From Marsupella aquatica (lineage: Eukaryota > Plantae > Marchantiophyta), in contig OZ316896.1 of the NCBI GenBank assembly GCA_973895155.1, positions 14,480,684-14,544,683 of the forward strand: DNA of 64,000 nucleotides, in the 5' to 3' direction. Below are positions 49,015 to 61,700 of the stretch, in pieces. The position numbers were made by a program, and so were the translations under genes. Position 1 is the stretch's first letter; the number at the start of each line of letters is the position of its first letter. Under the pieces are notes generated by a model. The model was not told where the DNA came from. It did no database searches and saw only the letters and a program-made list of their open reading frames with translations.

Positions 49015-49315
49015 TGTATGCTTACAATTAGGCCCCATCCAATACCCAGGTAGGTCGATTCCCAAGCTCTAAAGTGCCTGCCTGGTCTTGTAAAGGCAAA
49101 TGCACCTTTTCGGACAAAGTTCTGATATTGTATGCTTACAACTTGGTCAACTAGGTCCCACCCAATTCCAGGTAGGATTACCATTCCCAAGCTCTAAAAG
49201 TACCTCCATGGTCTCGTAAAGAGAATTGGGGCACCTCTCGTCTTGTACACTTCCAACTAGGTCCCACCCAATTCCAGGGAGGATTGGGATTATCAAGCTC
49301 TAAAGTGCCTACATC
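49015..49315. repeat. About 110-120-bp diverged repeat x3
   Basis: CAA.TAGG.CCCA.CCAAT.CCAGG.AGG..T...CAAGCTCTAAAGT three times. Confidence 0.7.
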
Positions 49316-50937
49316 TTCTTGTAGATAGAAATGCGGCCCCTCATCTACTTTCAAGGACTTAGATTTAATGGATCACACAGTTTGGTAAGTACAAGTGCTT
49401 GTTGACGTAAGATGAAGTGGATCACTTCCGCAGAAAAAAGACATCCACTTCGAGCTTCCCATCACTGCCTAACGAAACTTGACAAACACAGGAAACCTCA
49501 TTCAAACAACCACTCTTGCTAAAAGAAAAACTTGATATAGCAGCGCATCCTATTCAACTATCCTACCTTGTCGAAGTAAGACTTGGACACATCAGCATAT
49601 TCCGTTCAAGCATCCCCTCTTGCCAATGTAAACTTCAGAAAACGAGGTGCCCAGTTCCAGCATCCATCCTCTTGTTGACTACAAATACAGTCGACAAGTC
49701 ATTCCTACCTACGAGACCAATGGAAGCCATTAACACAGTTCAGATTCGCGTTGGCTCCTTGTTTCAGAACGAATCAATGAAAAGGCTCCTGTTCACAGAC
49801 CAGACCCGGTAGACATTGATTTCAATCATTGACAGGAGCCAAAGTTGAATAAGAACGCTGCCGCGCCATGAACAACAAGCTTTTCGAAAGTACAGCACAG
49901 TTCGGGACTTCCTCGAGAAAACAAAAACTCAGCTCTACTCTGCTCTGTCAAGGACTTCAGTGCCAATTGTAAAAGCAGAGAGTGAGTGGAGCCAAGCATT
50001 CATTTGAAAGTAAGACATTTCAAAAACGGCCGTATCGTACTTGCTGAAGGGGACAAATAAAATCAGTTCGACAGCGTTGTTCTAAATTGCGGTGCCAATG
50101 ATTTTAGCATCTTGTGATGAACGTACCCGCTGATGGTATCATACATAAGAAGCAGCGAAGAGCACGAAAAACGAGAACTCGTTGTAAAGAGATGGCACTG
50201 AACCCCTACAGCAGAAACGAAAAAATGTTTCGAGAACAATTATTTGATTGTTGCCTAATGAATTAGCCATACACCTCTAATTCTTTCCTTGCTTCAAGGC
50301 TGCAACAGAAGCTTCCAAAATCCTCCGAACGTAATAAACCACTACAATATTTTTCTGTCGTACAGAAATACTAGAGCCACTCCCCATATCTCAGAAAAGA
50401 GGGGGGAGGGGGGGGGGGGGGCGGGGCACACTGCTTAGTTTAAGGACGCCCAAGAACAATGAAAGACGGAAGATCTATCTGTGGCTATCAGTTCAAACAA
50501 CACTTTCAACCAAAGGTTCCACACATGCACATGACTACTCTCCATTAATCCATGAATGGAATATGGTATCATCTGAAGTTGTTCGTAATGGAAGCTCTTA
50601 ATAACAATAAACACTGTACACCCCACGAAGTGCCCAGCCGACAGGACTTGCCGCTCGGTAGCTACACCCATTATGTAGCTTTATGCTAGCATACACAGCT
50701 CCCTTAATTTTGAGAACAAGAAGCACGCCTCTTGCAAAAAAGTTCAATTTTTTCCTGTACTGTGACAGCGAACGATACCCCTGATGATGGTGCTCTTTCC
50801 AACTACACTAGTCAGAAGCGAGAGTGCAGATATTTAATGAACTATTGTCAATACGTCCAAACACCATCTGACCATCCGACATAGCAACCGAAAGTCAGCA
50901 TGCTAATCTCCAAACACCAAGAGTTTCAATGCCTCGA

Positions 50938-53900
50938 TTAGCCAGGATTTCTTAGAAGCCGTTCAACAGCCGCATGTACATTTCCACCGGTTGCAGCTAA
51001 TGCCCGAAGGTTCTCTTGAGTGTCAAAAAAGCCCATGTCTTGCAGCTGCGCAAGCTGGGCTTCATACAACTGTTCAGGTGGAATGGCATTAACTGCAACC
51101 ACCACCCACAAGAAACTTCAATTTTACAGCTATAGAGGACTCATTGACAAAGAGATGATCAGATGTAGAAATAGGGATTCATTATCAGATTAGCATTATG
51201 AGTCGTAACGAACTCCTCTATCAAAGTAAAGATGCAAATTATACTAACAAAACCTACAGAGCAAGTCCACCCTAAGGTCCATGGAATTCGTTTCGTCGGT
51301 AATCTCGTCATAAAGATGGGCAAGTGATCTCTCAGTTGATAAACTTAGCTCACATTACATATCGAGAAACTTCGCAACGAAAACAAATTTCAAAATGAGA
51401 GACACAGGGTTATATACCTTCTGGGGTTCCTGTTGGAAGAGTGCTCCCAAGTCCACCAAACATACTCAGTAGAGAGTTTAAATCCATACCAGCTCCAGCA
51501 GGCGGAGTGCCTCCAGGCTGTGTCGGCGTCCTGAGAAGCGGAGATTATTTAGAAGAAATATCCCTGAAATACTCAAGGACGACAAAGCAGCAGATAGAAT
51601 TTGATTGAGATTAGGGAAACAAGCTCGTTCTGCTTTAATCTCATTGCATTGATTGCATTGATCACAATCATTCGCTATATATAAGTGGAGGAAAATGAAC
51701 TTACTGGCCAGCTTGTTGCCGACCCTGAAGCTGGCCAAGAACAGCCTGTTGAAGTTGCAGCATTTGCTGGATAGCCAAAACCACATCCAAGTCAGCACTA
51801 CAAATCAAATACTGACAGACCGACACGCACAGCTCAAAGGCCGCTGTAATCCTGCATTCACAACCTACGTGACCATGACCAAGTTCAAAAAGCAACAACG
51901 AGTAGTACCTGTAAACTCTCTGGACTGCTGATTTGACGTATAAAATCGGGACTTTGCATCATTTCCCTGAACTGTGGGTTACTATTCAACATTGTGCGAA
52001 GATGTGGTTGCATATTCAAGACCTGCAGTCAAAAGTCCAATTACGGTTAGATTAAAGTTGGTATTGCCAGTCGCTGAAGTTGCTATCCACAGGTGTGTAA
52101 ACGTCATTGTTTGAGCCCCGCAAATGACATCTTCTCCGATATTCTCTGCAACACTTCAGTTCAGTAACAAATGAGCACCTGATTGATATATTGTGGATTT
52201 GATAGGAGACCCTGCATCATCTGCATAATTGCTGGATTCTGCAACATTTGCTGCATCATTGCAGGATCTACACCAAAAGGTCCTGCAGTCCCAAAGTCCG
52301 GTAATCCAAGACCTGCCAGCCCTCCTAAACCACCCGAACCTCGAAGACCAGTCAATCCAGCAGCGCCCCCAAGCGGTGGTGTCCCAGCTCCTGTCTGTGC
52401 ACCCGTGGCAGGAGTACCGGTCCCAGTTGCACCTGGTGCCGCAGCCGCTGCTCCACATGAACACAACATTTGCTTTAGAGTTGAAAGAAAAAAAGTCTCT
52501 ATAACTGTACAAGTCGCTCAATCAACGACTGACTTGATAAACGGGCCAAACCTGAAGGTCAGTCATCAATATCAACTTACGCGCAGGGTTCCACGGATTC
52601 GGAAGCGGTGCAGTATTTGGTGCAGCTGCAGGTGCCCCAGTGCCAGTGGCAGCAGTGGCTGGATTGGTGGTGTTTGCAAGATTGATGCTTGGAATGTTCC
52701 CTTGAGTCTGGCCAAGATTCTGACCTCCAAGCAAGCTAGCAAAAGGATTCCCTGCTAAATCGCCAGTTCCCTCTGTCCCCATAGTAGCGGCATTGAGCAA
52801 CGGTTCTTGCACTGTTTCATACATCCGTCTCAACATGTTGAAGCCCTCTGGAGAAGCCTCAATGTTACTCATGGCCCGGTCTGTGTTTCTCATCATCTCT
52901 CGCATAAGTTCAGGATTCCTGGCGGCATCAAGTGTCTGACGAAGTGTTCCAGGGTCATTTAAGATATGAGCTAGGTCCGGGTTTCTATCTATGATTTCCC
53001 TCATTTGAGGATTGCTCATGATAATGCTCCTCATGAGATCGGGGTTATTCATCAAGTTCTGCACGGCTGGCATATTCATCATCTCCCTCATCAAAGTAGG
53101 GTTCTGCATTAATTGTTGCTGAACCTGCTGTATTTCTTGTATACCCATTCCATACCCTCCACCCCCACCACCGAAGTTAGGAAAGTTAAGACCTCCCAGG
53201 CCAGCTGGATTTAACGGAGGATTCCCTTGTGAAAGTCCGCCGCCGAGGTTCGTAGGTGCCTGTGCTGGAGTTGCGTCAGGATTGGGAGCAGTCGTTACGG
53301 ATGCTGGAGCTCCTCTAACCAAATGTACGGTGTGGTCATTCTGTAAACCTGATTTCATTCAAATCACAGCTCAATTCAGCGTCTTGCAACTTCTGCAGTG
53401 CAAATTCCAGGCAAAATTTCGCAACAAACACTTGGAAGACTGTCCCATCATATTTTTGAAAGTGAACCTTCCTCATACTTTGCACACTATCCTAAAATGG
53501 GACAAAAGTACATAAGTGATCAAACTTATTTTACCAAATCAAGGGTCGGTACAGCTCTAAGAAGAAGCTACTGAATTGGGCTTATCGCAAACATAGGACA
53601 AATCCCTCTTTCGCTGTTAACATTGGCCAGGAACAGAAGAAATGATAAACAAGAAAAAACGGAAGACAGGGTATGAATCACAAAAGCACATTTCATAACG
53701 GCTATGCAATTCTGTCCCCGAGCCTTACAGAGGAGGAAAAAAAAACCCTAAAAAGTCCTTGACGTTGCTTTTACTTCCAAAACGTTTCCAGCCCTCTTGC
53801 CAAGCTCTTCTAAAGGCCCCACATCCCCAGCATCAATATCGAGCACGTCCTCGGGCATTGAAAATATTAGAGCAACTACGGTACAGCTTCTACACGAAGT

Positions 53901-54816
53901 ACTCGGACCCAAAGAACAGCTTTCTGCGTGGTGACACAACTTGAACCCTCATTTCCGACAAGTTGTAACCCTACAGACTCACGTGCATAACTAAACAATA
54001 TGCTCTATGGTCCGTCGGCACTGCTGCTCTTGAACAATTCGCTGAATAAGTCCTATGGAAAGTCGGTACGAGAGCAGGTACAGGCGACGAATCCCTCGAC
54101 CCAGCTACGACAGTGTATTCAAGAAGAAATAACAATCACGCTGAGAGCTTCCGCTTACGAAGACAGGTCACCAACCTCCCGTAAAATTTATGCCGGACAG
54201 GCCCAACTTCCCCAAACGCTCTAGACTTTTACTTTCATCATTTTGAACGACTGATAATTGGCCAGCCTGCAGAGCTGTCGAGGCCAATAGCGAGGCAGAC
54301 AGAGTCAACCAGGACGACTCCGGAATTTTCCTGAATCTTCACGATCTCCGCTGCGACCGGATGTCTACATCCGGGCGTTACCAGGACACAGTGGACGAAA
54401 TACAAAGTAGCCATCTCTCGGCACATCCACACACAGGGAACCCGACAACGAGATCTCTGACAGAATACCAAATATGGAATATCTGTTCAAGCACGACAGG
54501 AAACAGATTGAACAAACCAAAAAGCGCAAGATATGGACGACCCACCATAACTCTCGAGAGAATTATCATCCTTAAGAACGCGGCCCTTATAAATCAAACG
54601 CTGCTGATCGGCTGGAATCTCCGACCGTTCCACCAGCAAAGCTTTGAGTGCCCTCACAGACACAGTCAAATCCACCTGCACTGAGAACTTGTTACCGTTC
54701 GAGCAACGCACATGGACTGTGGCTCCTCCCTCTCCTCCTACGCTTCCCTCCGCACCTCCTCCTGCTGCTGCTCCTGCTGCTCCCGGTGCGCTAACCCCAT
54801 CCGGCTCTCCTCCCAT
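50938..54816 (-). CDS. DSK2: Ubiquitin receptor DSK2/ubiquilin (UBL-STI1-UBA), about 584 aa, 7 exons
   Basis: Exons 54816-54546, 53348-52581, 52450-52179, 52022-51909, 51766-51705, 51530-51418 and 51092-50938 sum to 1755 nt. [24 protein letters not shown]; STI1 [20 protein letters not shown]; [22 protein letters not shown]. Confidence 0.96.
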
Positions 54817-55192
54817 CTTTCCCTTCCTCCCTTCCAAACCCTTCCTCCTCGCGCCTCCGTCCCTCCTTCTCTGTCTCTCCTCCTCCTTTTCTCCTTCTTC
54901 AGCCCCTCCTATGAACTTCTGCACATAATCCAGTACTCCTGCCCCACTCTTTGCTTGCACACATGACCTAGATCTCCCCCTCCCCTCCCCTCCCCTCCCC
55001 TCCCCAACCAGGTCACGTCACCCTCCGCCGACAATCACCCACAATCAAATCCTCCTGCTCCCCCCACGCGCTCTGCCTATCTTCGCGGGACGGACGATCC
55101 CTTCCTCCTCCTTTCCCTTCCCTGTTTGCCTCCTTTCCTCGCGTACCAAGCTTTCATCAATCGGGACCTTTTCTTTCTTCCTTCCTTCTCCC

Positions 55193-55195
<3 letters not shown>

Positions 55196-55230
<35 letters not shown>

Positions 55231-55480
55231 TGGTGGCTTTCTCTACCATCACCACCTCCAGTAGCAGAGCATCGACACCCACCCCAATCCCAGCGAAGCA
55301 AAGGAAAGGAATGGAAGAACAGGAATAGGAAGGCGAGCCAAAGGAAAGGAATGGAAGAACAGGAATAGGAAGGCGAGCCAAAGGAAAGGAAAGGAAAGGA
55401 AAGGAAAGGAAAGCAGAGGACAGAAGCAGAGCAAAGCTGCACAAGGCAAGGCAACGCAAGGCAACGCAAGGCAACGCAAA
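55196..55480. repeat. Microsatellite cluster upstream of DSK2
   Basis: (CT)n at 55196-55227, a 40-bp duplication CAAAGGAAAGGAATGGAAGAACAGGAATAGGAAGGCGAGC, (GGAAA)n and (GCAAGGCAAC)n. Confidence 0.85.
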
Positions 55481-56108
55481 GCTCCCACCCCTCGTCCTCC
55501 AGACAAAGACAGACCGGACTCGAGGGGTGACAAAAGCGCCAGCCACACCAAAACGTGGACGGGAAAAACCGCAACACCGCACTACTCCTGCACACGCCCG
55601 TGATATCTATCACTCACCACCAGTAACGCACACTACAGTCGCCGAGTACATCAAATTAATTATTAATCAACACCACCGAGCGACACCTCCCAAGTAGTAA
55701 TAATAATAAGTCCGAAAGCCACAGAGTAGAAAGCAAGGGGCAGGCAGGCCGACCGTGGGGGAGATGGACAGACAACGACAAAGCTCTTAATTATTCATGT
55801 TGCCTCTGCTTTTCCTGCACCTACGGTGGATGATGATCCAGAGACGCAGGGAAAACGGGAACGGCAATTTGGACCGCTGATTACGAGAGCGCCCCTGTTC
55901 CTTAGTAGGAAGTTGGTGGCAGGATGGGTTTCATTTCCCGGACTATACGGAAATAATAATAAATGACCCATCCTCCTCTCGTTATACTCTGTACAGGGAG
56001 TGGTGCTCTCGCTGGGTCTGTCCCTCTGGGACCGTTTGTGACTGTGTGTTCTTGCAGTATGACGATTCTCGTCTCGTCTTTTCGTTCGTTCGCTTCCCCT
56101 TCTTTCTT

Positions 56109-56144
<36 letters not shown>

Positions 56145-56451
56145 TCACTTTACATGTAATTTCCCGGTAAAAGTTGGAAGATACCAGGGCTCGCTTTTTC
56201 GTCCCTGTTTTTGTCCCTTGTCAGAGCTGCCGTTTCGGTTGTCTCCACTTGCCCGAGTGGGAATGTGGAGCTCAGCGTAATCTTAATTTTATTTTTATGT
56301 CACAAACAGAATTGAGCAACAAAATAGTACAGTAGGTTGCCCCCCCCCCAACAAAAAAAAATTTACTACCAAGTCACCGCCTTTCCTTTCCTTCACCTGC
56401 CCAATTTTTTTTTGGTGTTTCTAGCAGGTAAGCACTCTGAAGACAATCCTA

Positions 56452-58646
56452 TAGGGAGTCTCAAACCTGAAGGGCAGTGAAAATATCCCTGGCCCTAAAG
56501 TATGAGTTTCTGACTTCTGTCACAAGTCATAAACCAAGCATATGCGAGTCAGCCACTTCACTGCAGGGAAAACCTGTGATTGTGAAGGGAGCCAAAATTG
56601 AGAAGGTTGAGATGCCCTATTGGCTTTCCCCACGATAAGTGAACCCATCGCTTGGGACTTTGGGAGGGATCAATGGTCCCCAACCCAGGGTCTGACTTTC
56701 GGGAGCAAGGAGGAGGATGAGGCGTTAGGAAATCTTTTTAAATCTCCCAGTGAGGCAGATGGTACCTTGCATCAGAGAGGAGATGCTGACAATATTCCTT
56801 GTTTGAGAATCCTATATTTATTCTTGACCATTTGATCTCCCTAGATTTTAAGGGGACTGGTCAGATTATGGCTATTGAACCCTGTGCTGTGGTGGGAAAC
56901 TGGCCAATGAGACCCAGGAAAAGTGGCAATTTTAGCCAAGAATCATCCTTTGTCCCAGGGTACTTTTTAAGGGCTAAAGTTGGCCAAATTCCATCTCCAC
57001 TTGAATCACTCACAGCTTTGGCAGACAATGGTGACTGGCTAGCTGGTTGTTGGACACTATAATAGGGACTTTAAGCACCTCATAAATCAAGCTTATGGAA
57101 CAAGTTAAACTTGACTACGAGTCCCTCTCCAACTCAATCAGGGATGGTAGCTAGAAGCATTAAACAACTGGTTTGGCTCATCTTATATTGCAGGTGTAGA
57201 AAGTGGCATATTTCATCTCATTGAACTCCTTCTAGGCTGTACAAGTTGGAGGCTCCCATTTCTGGTAAAGAATGCTACCCTCAAAGTGCTGCCCAGTTTT
57301 TAATGTGAACTTGTACGATGAATTCTTTTTATGAGTTGCTTAAAGTCCTTAGTGGTAGCAGGTCTCCTTCATATTCCATGAGGAGGGTGGTGAGTGGGGT
57401 GGGAGCCGGAGCCAGTGGTGACCCTAGCTGCTTTTTAGTCAGCAATTCTGGCAAGCCAAGGCAAGAATGAAGTCTCCTTTCGGCGACCTGATGGCTTATT
57501 CTTCAACTTTCCTGTCTTGAGATGGCATTGGAGAACATAAAGCCACAACTAATAAATTTGTGACAGGATTAGGCCGGGCATCCCAAACCTGCTGTTTCCC
57601 AAAAAAGTGTCAGCCCTTGTGGGAAATTTTAGTCCATGGTACCCTGACCATAACCCAAGATTTGCGCAAAGTTTACCCACTGGGTTTTGGGTTGGAGATA
57701 GGCCACAACACCGCCCCCCACCCCCCAAGGTTAATTCAATATGTCAAAATTGTGAATTAGGTTCTCTGAAGGGCCCTGATGATTGAATCAGACATACCAA
57801 TTTTTCATGCAGACTCCGGTACAATGACCACCCAAGCTATTGGTGGTAGCATTTTTGGGGAACCACATGTGACCACAGTCACGACCAGCATATGACTAAC
57901 TGAGTCATTAAGATTAGCAAGAGGAGTAATAGGATTAGTCAGATAATGAACCTATTAGTAATAGTTCTACGTATTGACTCCGAGAGTGACTTTTCAGTCG
58001 TAGATAATGAGCTTAAACATCCCTGGCTAGTCTTTGGTAATTGAATGCTAGAGTGATAAAAATGAGCAAACACAGGACTGAAGGGGAATAGACATCAGAC
58101 ATCACATAGCAAATGCCACATCTTAAGGCTGAATCAGTCACAATCCCAGAAGTGTGCATACATCTTAGACCAGAGATTCAAAGCTAGTAAACTAGCTATG
58201 ATTAATTTTTGGAAATATATAGTCACATTTAGAAATCTGAACTCTCTGAGACCTTTGAGCTCTGAGTAGCTAAAACCTACCTTCTTCCAACAATTGCAAT
58301 CCCTTGTGCACGAGGTGATCCTCTGTTAAAATTTCCGTTTGTCATACCCTAACCTAAACCCATCGTTGGGGGACAATTAACCTACAGGGTTTTTGGCTTG
58401 GAGACAGCCCACAACACCTGCCCCCAGGTTAATTCAATATCATCAAAATTTTGAATCAGGTCCTTTCTCTGGAGGGTGACAATGATTTTTGAATCAGACG
58501 TATCCAAGTTTTCGTGCAGACACTGATACACTGACCGCCCAAGCTGGTGGCAGTACTATTTTTGGGGAACGGCAAGTTTTTGACCCGTGACCAGGCTCAC
58601 TCCATTCTGGTTACAAAACACAGAGCAACTGGTTTGAGACACCCTA
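56452..58646. mobile_element. Possible non-autonomous hAT-like element
   Basis: TAGGGAGTCTCAAACC at 56452 and GGTTTGAGACACCCTA ending at 58646 (15/16 inverted match). Internal diverged direct repeat of about 200 bp (57680-57870 vs 58385-58575). No matching 8-bp TSD. Confidence 0.4.
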
Positions 58647-58781
58647 ATTTTGGAGATGAACATTCTTCTTTACACCTTTACAGCCTACACCCTAATTTTG
58701 GAGATAAACATTCTTCTTTACACCTTTACCGCCTACACCCTAATTTTGGAGATAAGCATTCTTCTTTACACCTTTACAGCC
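58639..58781. repeat. 48-bp tandem repeat x3
   Basis: ACACCCTAATTTTGGAGATAAACATTCTTCTTTACACCTTTACAGCCT three times. Confidence 0.9.
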
Positions 58782-61700
58782 CGTCTGAGGCTCGGCCCAA
58801 CCTGTTGCTTCTGCAGCTTGCTCAACTCATCCAGACCTGCCCTGCCCTACCTTCCAGCCTGGCCATTTCCTCAGCCTCCCAACTAGTACAGCTGCTACAA
58901 AACGACTCCACACTTTGGTAAGCCTTTGGCAGAGGGAGCTGAGATCTAGTCCATCTTACTCTTTGCCTTTTTTACTTGATATTGATGGGGCTTCAGGTCA
59001 ATTCAGCGTATTGAGGGTCAGATGCCTAGGTATATGCCAGTAATTACAAGTGAGTAGCATGTAATAGTAATCAGGTTGGAGAAGACAAAAAATGGCACCC
59101 AGCACATTAAAATGACTTCCCAAAAACATGGACCTGGAAAATATGCTGGCCACTTTGGGAAATGCCAAGAAAATTAAATTCCAGACGCAGGACTAAAGCC
59201 TGGACATATCGATGTGACACTAAATGCTTGTGGAAATAACATCTTCTCCTTCACTTAAGGTCAAATTTGCCACCCCTACATTATCTAGGATAATACATTT
59301 ATCCTTAAATATAAGGAGATGTGACACTCAGGAATTAATCTAGGAGATTTACAATCAGAACATGCCCAGCTTCTTCTCCTTCACACAAGGTGACGTTGCC
59401 ACCCTGCTTCGAAACAAAACCTACAATATTTAGCTCACAAGTTTGCTGGTGAAGTTCCCGAAAATTCCATCTCTGTGACATACCTTAGATTATTGTTATA
59501 CTCTAGGCGTGCGCTTTATGAAGATGGTGGCAACGTTTTATATTCCACTCGCAAAGTGACAAAATACATCGAATGTATAGCTGTAATTCCGAGAGTGTTT
59601 GGTCCTTTTCTATATGGGGCCCATTCGCCATTTTAGTCGGTGGGTTATTATTCTTTTGCTCTAGTTTCTTGTTGCACGCTACCAGATCTGAAATTCTTTG
59701 TCATCGCTAGAAAGCCTATTTTAGAGACTTATTCCCTATCCTGGTTGAACAGCCACTGGCCCGGCAATAGATTAATCTATTTTTCAAGTTCCTGTTCCCC
59801 AAAAATAATTGAAACATTCAAGCCAGTGACCAAACCTACTTGGGCACAATTGACTGTACAAAAAGGTTTCAACTATGTTCCGGGCCATTTTTTACAATAG
59901 TATTGCCAATAGGGTTGCTCCAACTTTACATCATCTCCCCCAAATGATAATAAAAAACTTTTAAGACTATCTTATCTAGATAAATGAGAAAACAAATAAT
60001 ATTTAAGGTACTTAAAAAGGTGAAGATTCCTCCCAAAAAGGTGTTTGTCTTGAAGTGTTTCCCGCTTAAAAGGATTTTCATCTTGAGAAGAATGTTTTTT
60101 TGCCACATTCGCTAGGAATGATGAGGACCTCGGTCCGCTTGGGTTAGTTTTAGTCTCTCTTTCTTGGTTTTTTGGGGTTGGTTCAAAACATTCATTTGGT
60201 TTTATTTTCATCTTGAGAAGAATAATGAATCGTTCTTTTTAGAGTTTGAATAATTTTTTAGTACCCCTTTAAATCAAGAATAAATTTATTTTGGGTGACT
60301 TAGTACTAGTGCATGCCTCAATGTTTATTCCTTTACAAAGTGTGTTCTCCTCACCTCTTATTCCTTTACAAAGTGTTGGCCCCATTTTTATCTCCACATG
60401 CCATTTTTCTAGTATACAAGTGAGTGTTAGCCACTAAACTTTTGTGAATCCCTTCAAAAAGAAGGGTGGGCTAATTTTTTATAAATCTTAGGTTAGTGAC
60501 ACTTAAGTTACTCAAAACCATTAACTCAGGAAACAGAACTCTGAACTCTAGGTAAGGGTAGAGGGGGTGAAAGGTTTGTTTCTCATAACTCTTGGATTCC
60601 ATCACACTCAGATTCCATCACACTCTTGGGAATACAGAGCTTAGGGTTTAGGTATCTAGTTCCAAAGCTTGAAAATAGTATGAATGAAGAATTAATCGAT
60701 ATAACTTGAATATAAAGATAAAATGACATTTCTATCAAAGGATGGATATGATTGAAAAATAAATTTAGACCAAAAGGAGGGTCTCAACCAAGAAAATTAA
60801 AAACATTAAGACGGGTTAAAATAATTCCGAATCCCAAAGTACAAAGGATATACCTTGTCTAGAATAAATCAAAACAAAAATACATCTCAAAATCTCAATA
60901 AGACAAAGTGGCCTGAGTAAGCTCCCGAACAAGGTTACTACAGTACATATATTCTGGACCAAACCTACGTGTTCACAAATAGGCTGGTCACAATAGGCTG
61001 AACAATTATACTGTCTAAAATATGTTCCTGGGCATTTTTAATAATAATTGCCAACGACATATTCTGCGCCATGTGCGGGCCCCTATCACCTCAATTTATC
61101 TTTGTTCCATTATCAGATTGCGCCTATGGAGTCACAATAGCTGGAAAGTATGTACAATATGATTTGAAATACTTTCTAGGCCATTTTTCAAAATATGGTT
61201 GCAGACAAGGCACAATAGGCCCCATCGTTTCAACTGGACTTTGTTCAGCCAATTATCAGGTTGGCATGAAAATAATGCTCCCCTGAACCAATCCAACATT
61301 CATGGACCTTTGCACCTTTTCTAGCAGCAAAGCTTGACCTTCTATATGACTGTTCCTTGATTTACGATCTAATCAGCTCTGCAAGGGCTGGTTAGATCTT
61401 GCAACCCAAGGCATATGGATTGCAACAGAACCTCTTTTCTGTTCATAGAGTACATATTACCCGGTATTTTACACTGATGACATGGCAAGAAAAAGGTAGT
61501 CATCTTTTGATTTTTGTTGGTCTCTCAATTCTCAATGAAATTGGATTGTAATAGGCGCCCTGGAAAGTCAGATCTTTCCAATTCATAACTTTCTAATGAA
61601 CCCAAAATAATTCAGCTTAGATTGGATACCAATGGAGATACTGTCAATCAAATTTAGCTTCTCAACACTTTGGAAGTGCAAGTGTGGACACCAAGTGATG

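Noticed and set aside
49500-50900. Possible introns in a long DSK2 3-prime UTR
   Set aside because: Splice-like motifs exist (e.g. minus-strand TTGCAG near 50300) but cannot be supported without transcripts.
54817-54960. N-terminal extension of DSK2 in the ORF track
   Set aside because: Starts at a non-ATG codon in a GA-rich leader; ATG 54816 gives a normal DSK2 N-terminus.
55077-56280. Several 80-178-aa ORFs upstream of DSK2
   Set aside because: Derived from (CT)n, (GGAAA)n and related microsatellites.
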